Positions 10,082 through 21,246 of a stretch of DNA of 64,000 nt are shown here, one piece after another. Origin of the DNA: Escherichia coli. GTDB taxonomy: Bacteria; Pseudomonadota; Gammaproteobacteria; Enterobacterales; Enterobacteriaceae. The position numbers and the translations under genes are program-made. The notes beneath the pieces were generated by a model. The model ran no database searches. It saw nothing but the letters and a program-made list of their open reading frames with translations, and was not told the DNA's origin. The stretch lies in the NCBI RefSeq assembly GCF_024223415.1, contig NZ_CP100500.1, one strand, 5' to 3'. Position 1 is the first letter of the stretch; each line of letters begins with the position of its first letter.

Positions 10082-12349
10082 ATGAAAGTATTAATTGTTG
10101 AAAGCGAGTTTCTCCATCAAGACACCTGGGTCGGTAACGCCGTTGAGCGTCTGGCAGATGCTTTAAGCCAGCAAAATGTTACCGTGATTAAATCCACCTC
10201 CTTTGATGATGGTTTTGCCATTCTCTCTTCAAACGAAGCCATTGACTGCCTGATGTTCAGCTATCAAATGGAACATCCGGACGAACATCAAAACGTCAGA
10301 CAATTGATCGGTAAGCTTCATGAGCGCCAACAAAACGTGCCGGTCTTCCTGTTGGGTGATCGGGAAAAAGCCCTCGCCGCAATGGATCGCGACCTGCTGG
10401 AGCTTGTCGATGAATTCGCCTGGATTCTGGAAGATACCGCCGACTTTATCGCCGGACGCGCCGTTGCCGCGATGACCCGCTACCGCCAGCAGCTGTTGCC
10501 GCCACTGTTCAGCGCGCTGATGAAATATAGCGACATCCATGAATATTCCTGGGCTGCGCCAGGCCACCAGGGCGGCGTTGGTTTTACCAAAACACCCGCC
10601 GGACGTTTCTACCATGACTACTATGGTGAAAATCTGTTCCGCACCGACATGGGCATCGAACGAACTTCCCTCGGTTCTTTGCTTGACCATACTGGCGCAT
10701 TTGGCGAAAGCGAAAAATATGCCGCACGCGTATTTGGTGCCGATCGCTCCTGGTCGGTAGTCGTCGGTACTTCCGGCTCTAACCGCACCATCATGCAGGC
10801 TTGCATGACCGATAACGATGTCGTGGTCGTTGACCGTAACTGCCATAAATCCATCGAACAAGGTTTGATGCTGACAGGCGCGAAACCGGTCTACATGGTG
10901 CCAAGCCGCAACCGCTATGGCATTATCGGGCCAATCTATCCGCAGGAAATACAACCTGAAACCTTGCAGAAGAAAATCAGTGAAAGCCCGCTGACCAAAG
11001 ACAAAGCCGGACAAAAACCGTCTTACTGCGTGGTGACCAACTGCACCTATGACGGCGTGTGTTATAACGCTAAAGAAGCGCAGGATCTGCTGGAAAAAAC
11101 CTCCGATCGTCTGCACTTTGACGAAGCCTGGTACGGCTATGCACGTTTCAACCCGATCTATGCCGATCACTATGCCATGCGCGGCGAACCTGGCGATCAC
11201 AACGGTCCTACTGTTTTCGCCACCCACTCCACCCACAAACTGCTGAATGCGCTTTCACAGGCTTCTTATATTCATGTACGTGAAGGTCGTGGGGCGATTA
11301 ACTTCTCCCGCTTCAACCAGGCCTACATGATGCATGCCACCACCTCCCCGCTGTATGCCATCTGCGCATCCAACGACGTGGCGGTGTCGATGATGGACGG
11401 CAACAGCGGCCTGTCACTGACGCAGGAAGTGATCGACGAAGCGGTTGATTTCCGTCAGGCGATGGCGCGGCTGTATAAAGAGTTCACCGCTGACGGTAGC
11501 TGGTTCTTCAAACCGTGGAACAAAGAAGTCGTCACCGACCCACAAACCGGCAAAACCTATGACTTTGCTGACGCACCAACCAAACTGCTGACCACCGTTC
11601 AGGACTGCTGGGTAATGCATCCGGGCGAAAGCTGGCACGGCTTCAAAGATATTCCGGATAACTGGAGTATGCTCGACCCGATTAAAGTCAGCATCCTTGC
11701 TCCGGGAATGGGTGAAGATGGTGAACTGGAAGAAACCGGTGTTCCGGCGGCGCTGGTCACTGCCTGGCTTGGTCGCCACGGCATTGTGCCTACCCGCACC
11801 ACTGACTTCCAAATTATGTTCCTGTTCTCTATGGGCGTAACCCGTGGGAAATGGGGGACTCTGGTTAACACCCTTTGCTCCTTCAAACGCCACTATGACG
11901 CCAACACACCGCTGGCGCAGGTGATGCCGGAACTTGTTGAACAATATCCTGACACTTATGCGAACATGGGGATTCACGATCTGGGTGACACTATGTTTGC
12001 CTGGCTGAAAGAAAACAACCCTGGCGCACGGTTGAACGAAGCCTATTCCGGCCTGCCGGTGGCGGAAATCACCCCGCGTGAAGCGTACAACGCGATTGTC
12101 GACAACAATGTCGAACTGGTATCCATTGAAAATCTGCCAGGACGTATCGCGGCAAACTCAGTTATCCCGTATCCGCCAGGAATCCCGATGCTGCTGTCTG
12201 GTGAAAACTTCGGCGATAAAAACAGTCCGCAAGTAAGTTATTTACGCTCGCTGCAATCCTGGGATCATCATTTCCCTGGATTTGAACACGAAACTGAAGG
12301 GACTGAAATTATTGACGGTATTTACCACGTTATGTGTGTGAAAGCGTAA
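10082..12349 (+). CDS. adiA: Biodegradative (acid-inducible) arginine decarboxylase AdiA
   Basis: ORF 10079..12349; 755-aa fold-I PLP decarboxylase (STHK PLP-lysine motif); start taken at the second Met. Confidence 0.92.
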   Translation: MKVLIVESEFLHQDTWVGNAVERLADALSQQNVTVIKSTSFDDGFAILSSNEAIDCLMFSYQMEHPDEHQNVRQLIGKLHERQQNVPVFLLGDREKALAAMDRDLLELVDEFAWILEDTADFIAGRAVAAMTRYRQQLLPPLFSALMKYSDIHEYSWAAPGHQGGVGFTKTPAGRFYHDYYGENLFRTDMGIERTSLGSLLDHTGAFGESEKYAARVFGADRSWSVVVGTSGSNRTIMQACMTDNDVVVVDRNCHKSIEQGLMLTGAKPVYMVPSRNRYGIIGPIYPQEIQPETLQKKISESPLTKDKAGQKPSYCVVTNCTYDGVCYNAKEAQDLLEKTSDRLHFDEAWYGYARFNPIYADHYAMRGEPGDHNGPTVFATHSTHKLLNALSQASYIHVREGRGAINFSRFNQAYMMHATTSPLYAICASNDVAVSMMDGNSGLSLTQEVIDEAVDFRQAMARLYKEFTADGSWFFKPWNKEVVTDPQTGKTYDFADAPTKLLTTVQDCWVMHPGESWHGFKDIPDNWSMLDPIKVSILAPGMGEDGELEETGVPAALVTAWLGRHGIVPTRTTDFQIMFLFSMGVTRGKWGTLVNTLCSFKRHYDANTPLAQVMPELVEQYPDTYANMGIHDLGDTMFAWLKENNPGARLNEAYSGLPVAEITPREAYNAIVDNNVELVSIENLPGRIAANSVIPYPPGIPMLLSGENFGDKNSPQVSYLRSLQSWDHHFPGFEHETEGTEIIDGIYHVMCVKA

Positions 12350-12466
12350 CCACTATTCCGCTGAAGGCGTAATTGTTTAAATAACATTACGCCGCCTGGC
12401 CTTAGGCCTTTTGAGTATGGCAACGTTTTCATAAAAATTGCTGCAAACAAAAATGTCATACTTTTT

Positions 12467-12494
12467 GCGCGGCCCCACCCCGCGCTTTTTTTTG
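12467..12494 (+). terminator. Rho-independent terminator after adiA
   Basis: gcgcggccccaccccgcgc GC-rich hairpin followed by T8 run. Confidence 0.6.
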
Positions 12495-12673
12495 CCTGTT
12501 ATTTACCCTGTAAAAAAATATGTACATGAGAAATTACTATAAAAATTTGTAATATTAGTAAAACTCGTTATTTTTATGCATGTTTATATTCATCATACAA
12601 TTATATAACCATTTCCCGGTATCGCTTTGCTTTAGCGAGAACTGGTCTTTTATTCGCACTCAGGAGTACATGT

Positions 12674-13435
12674 ATGAGGATTTGCAGCGACCAACCTTGT
12701 ATTGTTTTATTGACTGAAAAAGATGTCTGGATAAGGGTGAATGGGAAAGAACCTATTAGCCTTAAAGCTAACCATATGGCGTTATTAAATTGTGAAAATA
12801 ATATTATCGACGTCTCCTCTCTTAACAACACTTTGGTTGCTCATATTAGTCACGACATCATCAAAGATTACCTCCGGTTTCTGAATAAAGATCTCTCGCA
12901 AATACCAGTATGGCAACGTAGCGCTACGCCCATTCTCACCCTGCCATGCCTGACACCAGACGTCTTTCGCGTTGCCGCGCAACACAGCATGATGCCCGCA
13001 GAAACTGAGTCAGAAAAGGAACGAACACGCGCATTATTATTCACTGTGCTATCCCGTTTTCTCGACAGTAAAAAATTCCTTTCATTAATGATGTATATGT
13101 TACGTAATTGTGTAAGTGACAGCGTTTATCAAATTATTGAAAGCGATATTCACAAAGACTGGAATCTTAGTATGGTAGCCAGTTGTTTATGTCTTAGCCC
13201 AAGTCTGTTAAAGAAAAAGCTGAAAAGCGAAAACACCAGTTATAGCCAAATAATCACCACCTGCCGCATGCGTTATGCCGTAAATGAATTAATGATGGAC
13301 GGTAAAAATATCTCTCAGGTATCACAGTCCTGCGGCTACAACAGTACGTCGTACTTTATTTCTGTCTTTAAAGACTTCTACGGTATGACGCCGCTGCATT
13401 ATGTTAGTCAGCACAGAGAACGCACTGTCGCCTGA
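12674..13435 (+). CDS. adiY: AraC-family regulator AdiY
   Basis: 253-aa ORF with C-terminal AraC HTH between adiA and adiC; low-GC codon usage. Confidence 0.88.
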   Translation: MRICSDQPCIVLLTEKDVWIRVNGKEPISLKANHMALLNCENNIIDVSSLNNTLVAHISHDIIKDYLRFLNKDLSQIPVWQRSATPILTLPCLTPDVFRVAAQHSMMPAETESEKERTRALLFTVLSRFLDSKKFLSLMMYMLRNCVSDSVYQIIESDIHKDWNLSMVASCLCLSPSLLKKKLKSENTSYSQIITTCRMRYAVNELMMDGKNISQVSQSCGYNSTSYFISVFKDFYGMTPLHYVSQHRERTVA

Positions 13436-13571
13436 TTTTTAACCTTAACGAAGAGCTATATTAATAACGGCATCAGCGATAACCCGGTCGATAATAATTC
13501 AACTATCGAATGCAGGCGTATGATATGACGTAATTTATTGTCACGAAGCTCGCCTTCGCAGGAGTTTAATT

Positions 13572-14909
13572 ATGTCTTCGGATGCTGATGCTCACAAAGT
13601 GGGCTTAATCCCCGTCACCCTGATGGTGTCGGGGAATATTATGGGGTCAGGTGTTTTTCTGTTACCTGCAAACCTGGCCTCCACTGGCGGGATTGCCATT
13701 TATGGATGGTTGGTGACGATTATCGGTGCGCTGGGGCTCTCGATGGTATACGCCAAAATGTCGTTCCTCGACCCAAGCCCTGGTGGTTCTTACGCTTACG
13801 CCCGCCGCTGCTTTGGCCCGTTTCTCGGTTATCAAACCAACGTCCTCTACTGGCTGGCCTGCTGGATCGGCAATATCGCCATGGTGGTCATTGGCGTAGG
13901 ATATTTAAGTTACTTCTTCCCGATTCTGAAAGATCCATTGGTATTAACCATCACCTGCGTCGTGGTGCTGTGGATCTTCGTCCTGCTGAACATTGTCGGT
14001 CCGAAAATGATCACCCGTGTGCAGGCCGTTGCCACCGTGCTGGCGCTGATCCCCATCGTCGGGATTGCCGTATTTGGCTGGTTCTGGTTCCGTGGTGAAA
14101 CCTATATGGCGGCATGGAACGTCAGCGGCCTGGGCACTTTCGGTGCAATTCAAAGTACCCTTAACGTTACGCTGTGGTCGTTCATCGGTGTGGAAAGTGC
14201 CTCCGTTGCCGCAGGTGTGGTGAAAAACCCGAAACGCAATGTCCCTATCGCCACCATCGGTGGGGTATTGATTGCCGCCGTTTGCTATGTGCTCTCCACC
14301 ACCGCGATTATGGGGATGATCCCTAATGCCGCACTGCGCGTTTCTGCCTCGCCATTCGGTGATGCCGCACGGATGGCGTTGGGTGACACCGCCGGGGCCA
14401 TTGTTTCCTTCTGCGCAGCTGCGGGTTGCTTAGGTTCACTGGGCGGCTGGACATTGCTGGCGGGTCAAACGGCGAAAGCGGCTGCCGATGACGGACTGTT
14501 CCCACCGATTTTTGCCCGTGTAAATAAAGCGGGTACGCCAGTGGCGGGGCTGATTATCGTCGGTATTTTGATGACCATCTTCCAGCTCAGCAGCATTTCA
14601 CCAAACGCGACCAAAGAATTCGGTCTGGTGTCTTCCGTCTCGGTCATCTTTACACTGGTGCCATATCTTTACACCTGTGCGGCGTTACTGCTGCTCGGAC
14701 ACGGTCACTTTGGTAAAGCACGCCCGGCATATCTGGCAGTTACTACCATTGCCTTCCTCTACTGCATCTGGGCCGTGGTGGGGTCCGGGGCGAAAGAGGT
14801 TATGTGGTCATTTGTCACCCTGATGGTCATCACCGCCATGTATGCGCTGAATTACAACCGGCTGCATAAAAACCCGTATCCCTTAGATGCACCAATAAGC
14901 AAAGATTAA
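13572..14909 (+). CDS. adiC: Arginine:agmatine antiporter AdiC
   Basis: 445-aa APC-family transporter ORF. Confidence 0.92.
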
Positions 14910-14934
14910 TTCCCCTTAATCCAGCAAAGATAAA

Positions 14935-14972
14935 AGCCAACCTTAAGAACTTAAGGTTGGCTTAATTTTGCT
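14935..14972 (+). terminator. Rho-independent terminator after adiC
   Basis: Perfect hairpin aagccaaccttaag-aac-cttaaggttggctt followed by aattttgcttt. Confidence 0.55.
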
Positions 14973-15012
14973 TTGCGAGCATATGCGCACTTTGTTCGAT
15001 GGAAACACCGTG

Positions 15013-16656
15013 ATGTTGAAGCGCCTACTAAAAAGACCCTCTTTGAATTTACTCGCCTGGCTATTGTTGGCCGCTTTTTATATCTCTATCTGCCTGAATA
15101 TTGCCTTTTTTAAACAGGTGTTGCAGACGCTGCCGCTGGACTCGCTGCATAACGTACTGGTTTTCTTGTCGATGCCGGTCGTCGCCTTCAGCGTGATTAA
15201 TATTGTCCTGACACTAAGCTCTTTCTTATGGCTTAATCGACCGCTGGCCTGCCTGTTTATTCTGGTTGGCGCGGCTGCACAATATTTCATAATGACTTAC
15301 GGCATCGTCATCGACCGCTCGATGATTGCCAATATTATTGATACCACTCCGGCAGAAAGCTATGCGCTGATGACACCGCAAATGTTATTAACGCTGGGAT
15401 TCAGCGGCGTGCTTGCTGCGCTGATTGCCTGCTGGATTAAAATCAAACCTGCCACCTCGCGTCTGCGCAGTGTTCTTTTCCGTGGAGCCAATATTCTGGT
15501 TTCTGTACTGCTGATTTTGCTGGTCGCCGCACTATTTTATAAAGACTACGCCTCGTTGTTCCGCAACAACAAAGAGCTGGTGAAGTCCTTAAGCCCCTCT
15601 AACAGCATTGTTGCCAGCTGGTCATGGTACTCCCATCAGCGACTGGCAAATCTGCCGCTGGTGCGAATTGGTGAAGACGCGCACCGCAACCCATTAATGC
15701 AGAACGAAAAACGTAAAAATTTGACCATCTTGATTGTCGGCGAAACCTCGCGGGCGGAGAACTTCTCCCTCAACGGCTACCCGCGTGAAACTAACCCGCG
15801 GCTGGCGAAAGATAACGTGGTCTATTTCCCTAATACCGCATCTTGCGGCACGGCAACGGCAGTTTCAGTACCGTGCATGTTCTCGGATATGCCGCGAGAG
15901 CACTACAAAGAAGAGCTGGCACAGCACCAGGAAGGCGTGCTGGATATCATTCAGCGAGCGGGCATCAACGTGCTGTGGAATGACAACGATGGCGGCTGTA
16001 AAGGTGCCTGCGACCGCGTGCCTCACCAGAATGTCACCGCGCTGAATCTGCCTGATCAGTGCATCAACGGCGAATGCTATGACGAAGTGTTGTTCCACGG
16101 GCTGGAAGAGTACGTCAATAACCTGCAGGGTGATGGCGTGATTGTCTTACACACCATCGGCAGCCACGGTCCGACCTATTACAACCGCTATCCGCCGCAG
16201 TTCAGGAAATTTACCCCAACCTGCGACACCAATGAGATCCAGACCTGTACCAAAGAGCAACTGGTGAACACTTACGACAACACGCTGGTTTACGTCGACT
16301 ATATTGTTGATAAAGCGATTAATCTGCTGAAAGAACATCAGGATAAATTTACCACCAGCCTGGTTTATCTTTCTGACCACGGTGAATCGTTAGGTGAAAA
16401 TGGCATCTATCTGCACGGTCTGCCTTATGCCATCGCCCCGGATAGCCAAAAACAGGTGCCGATGCTGCTGTGGCTGTCGGAGGATTATCAAAAACGGTAT
16501 CAGGTTGACCAGAACTGCCTGCAAAAACAGGCGCAAACGCAACACTATTCACAAGACAATTTATTCTCCACGCTATTGGGATTAACTGGCGTTGAGACGA
16601 AGTATTACCAGGCTGCGGATGATATTCTGCAAACTTGCAGGAGAGTGAGTGAATGA
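15013..16656 (+). CDS. eptA: Lipid A phosphoethanolamine transferase EptA (PmrC)
   Basis: ORF 14968..16656; expected 547-aa protein from [12 protein letters not shown]-terminal TM domain plus sulfatase-like domain; 4-bp overlap with basR. Confidence 0.9.
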   Translation: MLKRLLKRPSLNLLAWLLLAAFYISICLNIAFFKQVLQTLPLDSLHNVLVFLSMPVVAFSVINIVLTLSSFLWLNRPLACLFILVGAAAQYFIMTYGIVIDRSMIANIIDTTPAESYALMTPQMLLTLGFSGVLAALIACWIKIKPATSRLRSVLFRGANILVSVLLILLVAALFYKDYASLFRNNKELVKSLSPSNSIVASWSWYSHQRLANLPLVRIGEDAHRNPLMQNEKRKNLTILIVGETSRAENFSLNGYPRETNPRLAKDNVVYFPNTASCGTATAVSVPCMFSDMPREHYKEELAQHQEGVLDIIQRAGINVLWNDNDGGCKGACDRVPHQNVTALNLPDQCINGECYDEVLFHGLEEYVNNLQGDGVIVLHTIGSHGPTYYNRYPPQFRKFTPTCDTNEIQTCTKEQLVNTYDNTLVYVDYIVDKAINLLKEHQDKFTTSLVYLSDHGESLGENGIYLHGLPYAIAPDSQKQVPMLLWLSEDYQKRYQVDQNCLQKQAQTQHYSQDNLFSTLLGLTGVETKYYQAADDILQTCRRVSE

Positions 16657-17321
16657 AAATTCTGATTGTTGAAGACGATACGCTGTTATTGCAGGGACTG
16701 ATTCTGGCGGCGCAAACCGAAGGCTACGCGTGCGATGGCGTGACAACCGCGCGGATGGCGGAACAAAGCCTTGAGGCAGGTCATTACAGCCTGGTGGTAC
16801 TGGATTTAGGGTTACCCGACGAAGATGGACTGCATTTTCTCGCCCGTATCCGGCAGAAAAAATATACCCTGCCGGTACTGATCCTCACCGCTCGCGATAC
16901 GCTGACCGACAAAATCGCCGGGCTGGATGTCGGTGCCGATGACTATCTGGTGAAGCCTTTTGCGCTGGAAGAGTTACACGCCCGTATCCGCGCCCTGCTA
17001 CGACGCCATAATAATCAGGGCGAAAGTGAGCTGATTGTTGGCAATCTGACGCTGAATATGGGTCGCCGTCAGGTATGGATGGGCGGTGAAGAGTTGATTC
17101 TGACGCCCAAAGAATATGCTCTGCTGTCACGGTTAATGCTCAAAGCAGGCAGTCCGGTGCATCGGGAAATTCTCTACAACGACATCTATAACTGGGACAA
17201 TGAACCCTCGACCAACACCCTGGAAGTGCATATCCACAATCTGCGCGACAAAGTGGGCAAAGCCCGTATCCGCACCGTGCGCGGCTTTGGCTATATGCTT
17301 GTCGCGAATGAGGAAAACTAA
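16653..17321 (+). CDS. basR: Response regulator BasR (PmrA), OmpR family
   Basis: 222-aa ORF; receiver plus winged-helix domain; in operon eptA-basR-basS. Confidence 0.92.
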   Translation: MKILIVEDDTLLLQGLILAAQTEGYACDGVTTARMAEQSLEAGHYSLVVLDLGLPDEDGLHFLARIRQKKYTLPVLILTARDTLTDKIAGLDVGADDYLVKPFALEELHARIRALLRRHNNQGESELIVGNLTLNMGRRQVWMGGEELILTPKEYALLSRLMLKAGSPVHREILYNDIYNWDNEPSTNTLEVHIHNLRDKVGKARIRTVRGFGYMLVANEEN

Positions 17322-17330
17322 TTGAATCTG

Positions 17331-18422
17331 ATGCGTTTTCTGCGCCGACCAATATCGCTGCGCCAACGGCTGATATTGACCATCGGGGCCATTTTGTTGG
17401 TGTTTGAGCTGATTAGCGTCTTCTGGCTATGGCATGAAAGTACCGAGCAGATTCAGCTGTTTGAGCAGGCGCTACGCGACAATCGCAACAACGATCGCCA
17501 CATCATGCGTGAGATCCGCGAGGCGGTCGCCAGCCTGATTGTCCCCGGCGTCTTTATGGTCAGCCTGACGCTATTTATCTGCTATCAGGCGGTACGCCGC
17601 ATCACCCGCCCGCTGGCGGAGCTGCAAAAAGAGCTGGAAGCGCGCACCGCCGACAACTTAACGCCCATTGCCATTCACAGCGCCACCCTCGAAATCGAAG
17701 CGGTGGTTTCGGCGTTGAACGATCTGGTCAGTCGCCTGACCAGCACGCTGGATAACGAAAGGTTATTTACCGCTGACGTCGCGCACGAACTGCGAACGCC
17801 ACTGGCGGGGGTGCGTTTGCATCTGGAACTGCTGGCGAAAACGCATCACATTGATGTAGCACCGTTAGTGGCACGGCTTGATCAGATGATGGAGAGCGTC
17901 TCCCAGCTGCTGCAACTGGCGCGTGCCGGACAGTCATTTTCTTCCGGTAATTATCAACATGTAAAACTGCTGGAAGATGTCATTCTCCCCTCGTATGACG
18001 AACTCAGTACCATGCTCGACCAGCGACAGCAAACCCTGCTATTGCCAGAGAGCGCCGCCGACATCACCGTTCAGGGTGATGCAACCCTGCTGCGGATGTT
18101 ATTGCGAAACCTGGTAGAAAACGCCCATCGTTACAGCCCGCAAGGCAGCAACATTATGATTAAGCTGCAAGAAGATGGCGGAGCGGTCATGGCCGTTGAA
18201 GATGAAGGACCAGGTATTGATGAGAGTAAATGCGGGGAGTTGAGTAAAGCGTTTGTACGTATGGACAGCCGTTATGGCGGGATTGGTCTGGGGTTAAGTA
18301 TTGTCAGCCGCATTACACAGTTGCATCACGGGCAGTTTTTCCTGCAAAACCGGCAAGAGACTTCCGGCACGCGGGCCTGGGTACGGCTGAAGAAAGATCA
18401 GTACGTGGCAAACCAGATATAA
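17331..18422 (+). CDS. basS: Sensor histidine kinase BasS (PmrB)
   Basis: ORF track begins at TTG 17322; first ATG at 17331 gives the expected ~363 aa; HisKA (HELRTPL) and HATPase motifs. Confidence 0.9.
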   Translation: MRFLRRPISLRQRLILTIGAILLVFELISVFWLWHESTEQIQLFEQALRDNRNNDRHIMREIREAVASLIVPGVFMVSLTLFICYQAVRRITRPLAELQKELEARTADNLTPIAIHSATLEIEAVVSALNDLVSRLTSTLDNERLFTADVAHELRTPLAGVRLHLELLAKTHHIDVAPLVARLDQMMESVSQLLQLARAGQSFSSGNYQHVKLLEDVILPSYDELSTMLDQRQQTLLLPESAADITVQGDATLLRMLLRNLVENAHRYSPQGSNIMIKLQEDGGAVMAVEDEGPGIDESKCGELSKAFVRMDSRYGGIGLGLSIVSRITQLHHGQFFLQNRQETSGTRAWVRLKKDQYVANQI

Positions 18423-18487
18423 AGAAAGCTGCTGACCACCAGCACGCTGAACACGGTAGTTAAACTTTCATAAACACGGTTTTTCAT
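18398..18487 (-). CDS. pmrR: Small membrane peptide PmrR (29 aa: MKNRVYESLTTVFSVLVVSSFLYIWFATY)
   Basis: Translated by hand from the minus strand; ATG at 18487 preceded by GGAGG; overlaps the basS 3' end antisense by about 25 bp; not in the supplied ORF track (too short). Confidence 0.7.
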   Translation of the reverse strand: MKNRVYESLTTVFSVLVVSSFLYIWFATY

Positions 18488-18490
18488 TGC

Positions 18491-18520
18491 ACTCTCCTCC
18501 GTTAATCTGGAGGAGAGTAT
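18491..18520. terminator. Perfect hairpin ctctcctcc-gttaatc-tggaggagag between basS and proP ends
   Basis: 9-bp stem; lies downstream of proP (minus) and just upstream of pmrR, containing its RBS. Confidence 0.4.
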
Positions 18521-18601
18521 GCGCGGCAGAGATTAAGTGAACCTTAAGAGTTCAATTGTTGGTCTGATAAGACAGCGTCACATCAGGCCATCCGTTTCAG
18601 C

Positions 18602-20104
18602 TTATTCATCAATTCGCGGATGTTGCTGCACCAGGCGGGTACGTTTCGCCTGCAAATCGGCAATCTCGTGGTCAATATCATCGATTTTCTGCTCGATATT
18701 ATCGTAATGCTCGACGAGAATTTCCTTCGCTTCCTGTATATCTGACGCCGCCGGTGTCGCACCTTTCAACGGACGATTTGCCGTCTCTTTCATGGTTACG
18801 CCGGTGATTAAACCAATCACCGCCACTACCATCAGGTAATAGGCAGGCATCATCAGATTCTGCGAGCTTTCGACCAGCCAGGCCGCCAGTGTTGGCGTCA
18901 GACCGGCAACCAGCACCGAAATATTAAATGCCGCCGCCAGCGCGCTGTATCGGATATGCGTCGGGAACATCGCTGGCAAGGTAGAAGCCATAACGCCCGT
19001 AAAGCAGTTAAGGATCACCGCCAGCATCAGTAACCCGGCAAAAATCAGGCCGATGACGTTACTGTTAATCAGAATAAACGCCGGGATCGCCAACACAAAC
19101 AGTGCAACACTACCAAGTAGCACAAACGGACGACGGCCAAAACGGTCACTCAGCAAGCCCATCACCGGCTGGACAAACAGCATACCGATCATAATGGCGA
19201 TAATAATCAGCACCCCGTGGTCTTCGGAGTAATGCAGGTTATGCGACAAATAACTCGGCATATAGGTCAGCAACATGTAGTAAGTCACGTTGGTGGCAAT
19301 TACCAGACCAATACATGTCAACAGGCTGCGCCAGTATTTAGTGGCAATCTCTTTAAACGAGACTTTCGGGCCATCCTGCAAACCTTCGCGGTCGCCCTGT
19401 TCCAGTTTATCAACATGCTGCTGGAACGCCGGAGTTTCTTCCAGCGCATGGCGCAGGTAAAGCCCGATAATCCCTAACGGCAGAGCAATAAAGAACGGAA
19501 TACGCCAGCCCCAGTCGAGGAAGTTCGCTTCGCCGACAATGGTCGAAATTAACACCACCACGCCCGCACCCAGCACAAACCCGGCAATAGAACCGAAGTC
19601 CAGCCAGCTGCCCATAAAGCCACGTTTACGGTCAGGGGAGTATTCCGCAACAAATATCGACGCCCCGGTATATTCACCGCCGACCGAGAAACCTTGTGCC
19701 ATCTTACAGATCAACAGCAGAATCGGTGCCCAAATACCAATCGTGTCGTAGGACGGTATTAAGCCAATACAGAACGTACTGATCGACATAATCACAATAG
19801 TGATAGCGAGGATCTTCTGGCGACCATATTTATCGCCCAACATACCAAAGAAGAGTCCGCCAAGCGGTCGAATCAGAAAGGGAACGGAGAACGTGGCAAG
19901 TGCAGCAACCATCTGCACGCTGGGGTCAGCCCCCGGGAAAAAAACTTTACCTAATGCGTAAGCAACAAAACCATAAACACCAAAATCAAACCATTCCATT
20001 GCATTACCCAGTGATGCTGCGGTAATGGCTTTACGCAGTTTACCGTCATCAATAATGGTGACATCACGAAGGGTAATCGGTTTTACTTTTTTCCTTTTCA
20101 GCAT
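18602..20104 (-). CDS. proP: Proline/glycine betaine:H+ osmosensing symporter ProP (MFS)
   Basis: ORF 18602..20137; expected 500-aa protein from MLKRKKVKPITLRDVTII; C-terminal coiled coil. Confidence 0.92.
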   Translation of the reverse strand: MLKRKKVKPITLRDVTIIDDGKLRKAITAASLGNAMEWFDFGVYGFVAYALGKVFFPGADPSVQMVAALATFSVPFLIRPLGGLFFGMLGDKYGRQKILAITIVIMSISTFCIGLIPSYDTIGIWAPILLLICKMAQGFSVGGEYTGASIFVAEYSPDRKRGFMGSWLDFGSIAGFVLGAGVVVLISTIVGEANFLDWGWRIPFFIALPLGIIGLYLRHALEETPAFQQHVDKLEQGDREGLQDGPKVSFKEIATKYWRSLLTCIGLVIATNVTYYMLLTYMPSYLSHNLHYSEDHGVLIIIAIMIGMLFVQPVMGLLSDRFGRRPFVLLGSVALFVLAIPAFILINSNVIGLIFAGLLMLAVILNCFTGVMASTLPAMFPTHIRYSALAAAFNISVLVAGLTPTLAAWLVESSQNLMMPAYYLMVVAVIGLITGVTMKETANRPLKGATPAASDIQEAKEILVEHYDNIEQKIDDIDHEIADLQAKRTRLVQQHPRIDE

Positions 20105-20367
20105 AGCTTTCCTCGCAGAGTTGGCCCATTTCCGCAAACGCCAGAAAAATCAGCGCGACGGCCGCAAAAGGGGAGCGGGAATTGCAGGATGCAATCTCTG
20201 TAACAAGCGTAGCGGGTTTGCTTACACCCTCCGGTTAAGGAATGTACAATCAAACCAGTTGACGCCTGAATTGGGCAGTTAATGACCTTTTTACCCTACC
20301 AGCGTTTAAATTTGTGATCAACTTCACACATGAATTTCGTTTAGGACTCATTGATGTAACTGATTAT

Positions 20368-21246
20368 TTACACCAAATTTACAGAGAAGATTTCCTCGAG
20401 CATTGCCCCCGCCAGACGCTGCGCTGAACAGAGTCGTGGCATCCCCAGCGCGACAGTTTGCCAGCGTTGGGTCACTGACCAGCAAACGGGTTGTTTATCT
20501 GCCGTGGACCACTTTCCCAGCCAACTTAAAAAATCAGCATGATCCCCGCCCGTCGGAACGGTCGAAGAGGCAAACCACTGATGGTAATAGTGACGCGTGG
20601 TCGGGGCCGCATTGATACTCTCTGCCAGATGTTGTGTCGCTTTCACGCGCAAATCACCCAGCAACAACGCCACCGCTTGCGGGCTTCCCAGACGGCAGGC
20701 ATCGCCAAATGCACCCCAACGCAACTCTTCGAGAACGATAAAACAGCGCCCAGGCAACGACCAGGCGTTATACGCCCCAGCACGCCAGCGGGTAAAAATT
20801 TGCTCGCTCTGTTCACCTGCCTGCACCAGTAGGCCCCGTTGCGTTAACGCCTTTTCCTTCCAGCGACAACGGGCTGAAAACCACTCATACAAGGCGGCAA
20901 TTTGCTGGGGGAGCTCCGGGAAAGCAGAGTGCTGGCGGTGATCCATTTTTTGCAGCAGCGCCAGATGTTGCGCGATCTGCATCAGTGCCAGATGACCGGG
21001 ATCCAGCATCGACGCCAGTTTTTCCACCAATGTCAAACGCAGGCTAAGCGGCGCATTTAACATTCCGCCGTTCGTCCATGTCTGAAGCTGCACGCGCGCA
21101 AGAAGTTCCTGCATCAGTCGTTCACGAAACTGCTGCTGATGGGCTTGTGGAAGGCGGGCATCATCGCCCTGCGCCAGATCCACTAAAAAGCGCGGATGAA
21201 CCGACTCCAGCACGCGACCGGGGCCGTCCAGTAACGTCTTGGTCAA
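20368..21246 (-). CDS. yjcZ: Conserved protein YjcZ
   Basis: 292-aa ORF at the K-12-syntenic position downstream of crfC, 4-bp overlap with it. Confidence 0.75.
   Translation of the reverse strand: MTKTLLDGPGRVLESVHPRFLVDLAQGDDARLPQAHQQQFRERLMQELLARVQLQTWTNGGMLNAPLSLRLTLVEKLASMLDPGHLALMQIAQHLALLQKMDHRQHSAFPELPQQIAALYEWFSARCRWKEKALTQRGLLVQAGEQSEQIFTRWRAGAYNAWSLPGRCFIVLEELRWGAFGDACRLGSPQAVALLLGDLRVKATQHLAESINAAPTTRHYYHQWFASSTVPTGGDHADFLSWLGKWSTADKQPVCWSVTQRWQTVALGMPRLCSAQRLAGAMLEEIFSVNLV

Noticed and set aside
10229..11236. 335-aa minus-strand ORF inside adiA
   Set aside because: Antisense to the confidently identified arginine decarboxylase gene; no motif, biased composition.
17322..17330. 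basS starting at TTG 17322 as in the ORF track
   Set aside because: An ATG three codons downstream (17331) gives the expected length; the TTG is just the first in-frame codon after the basR stop.
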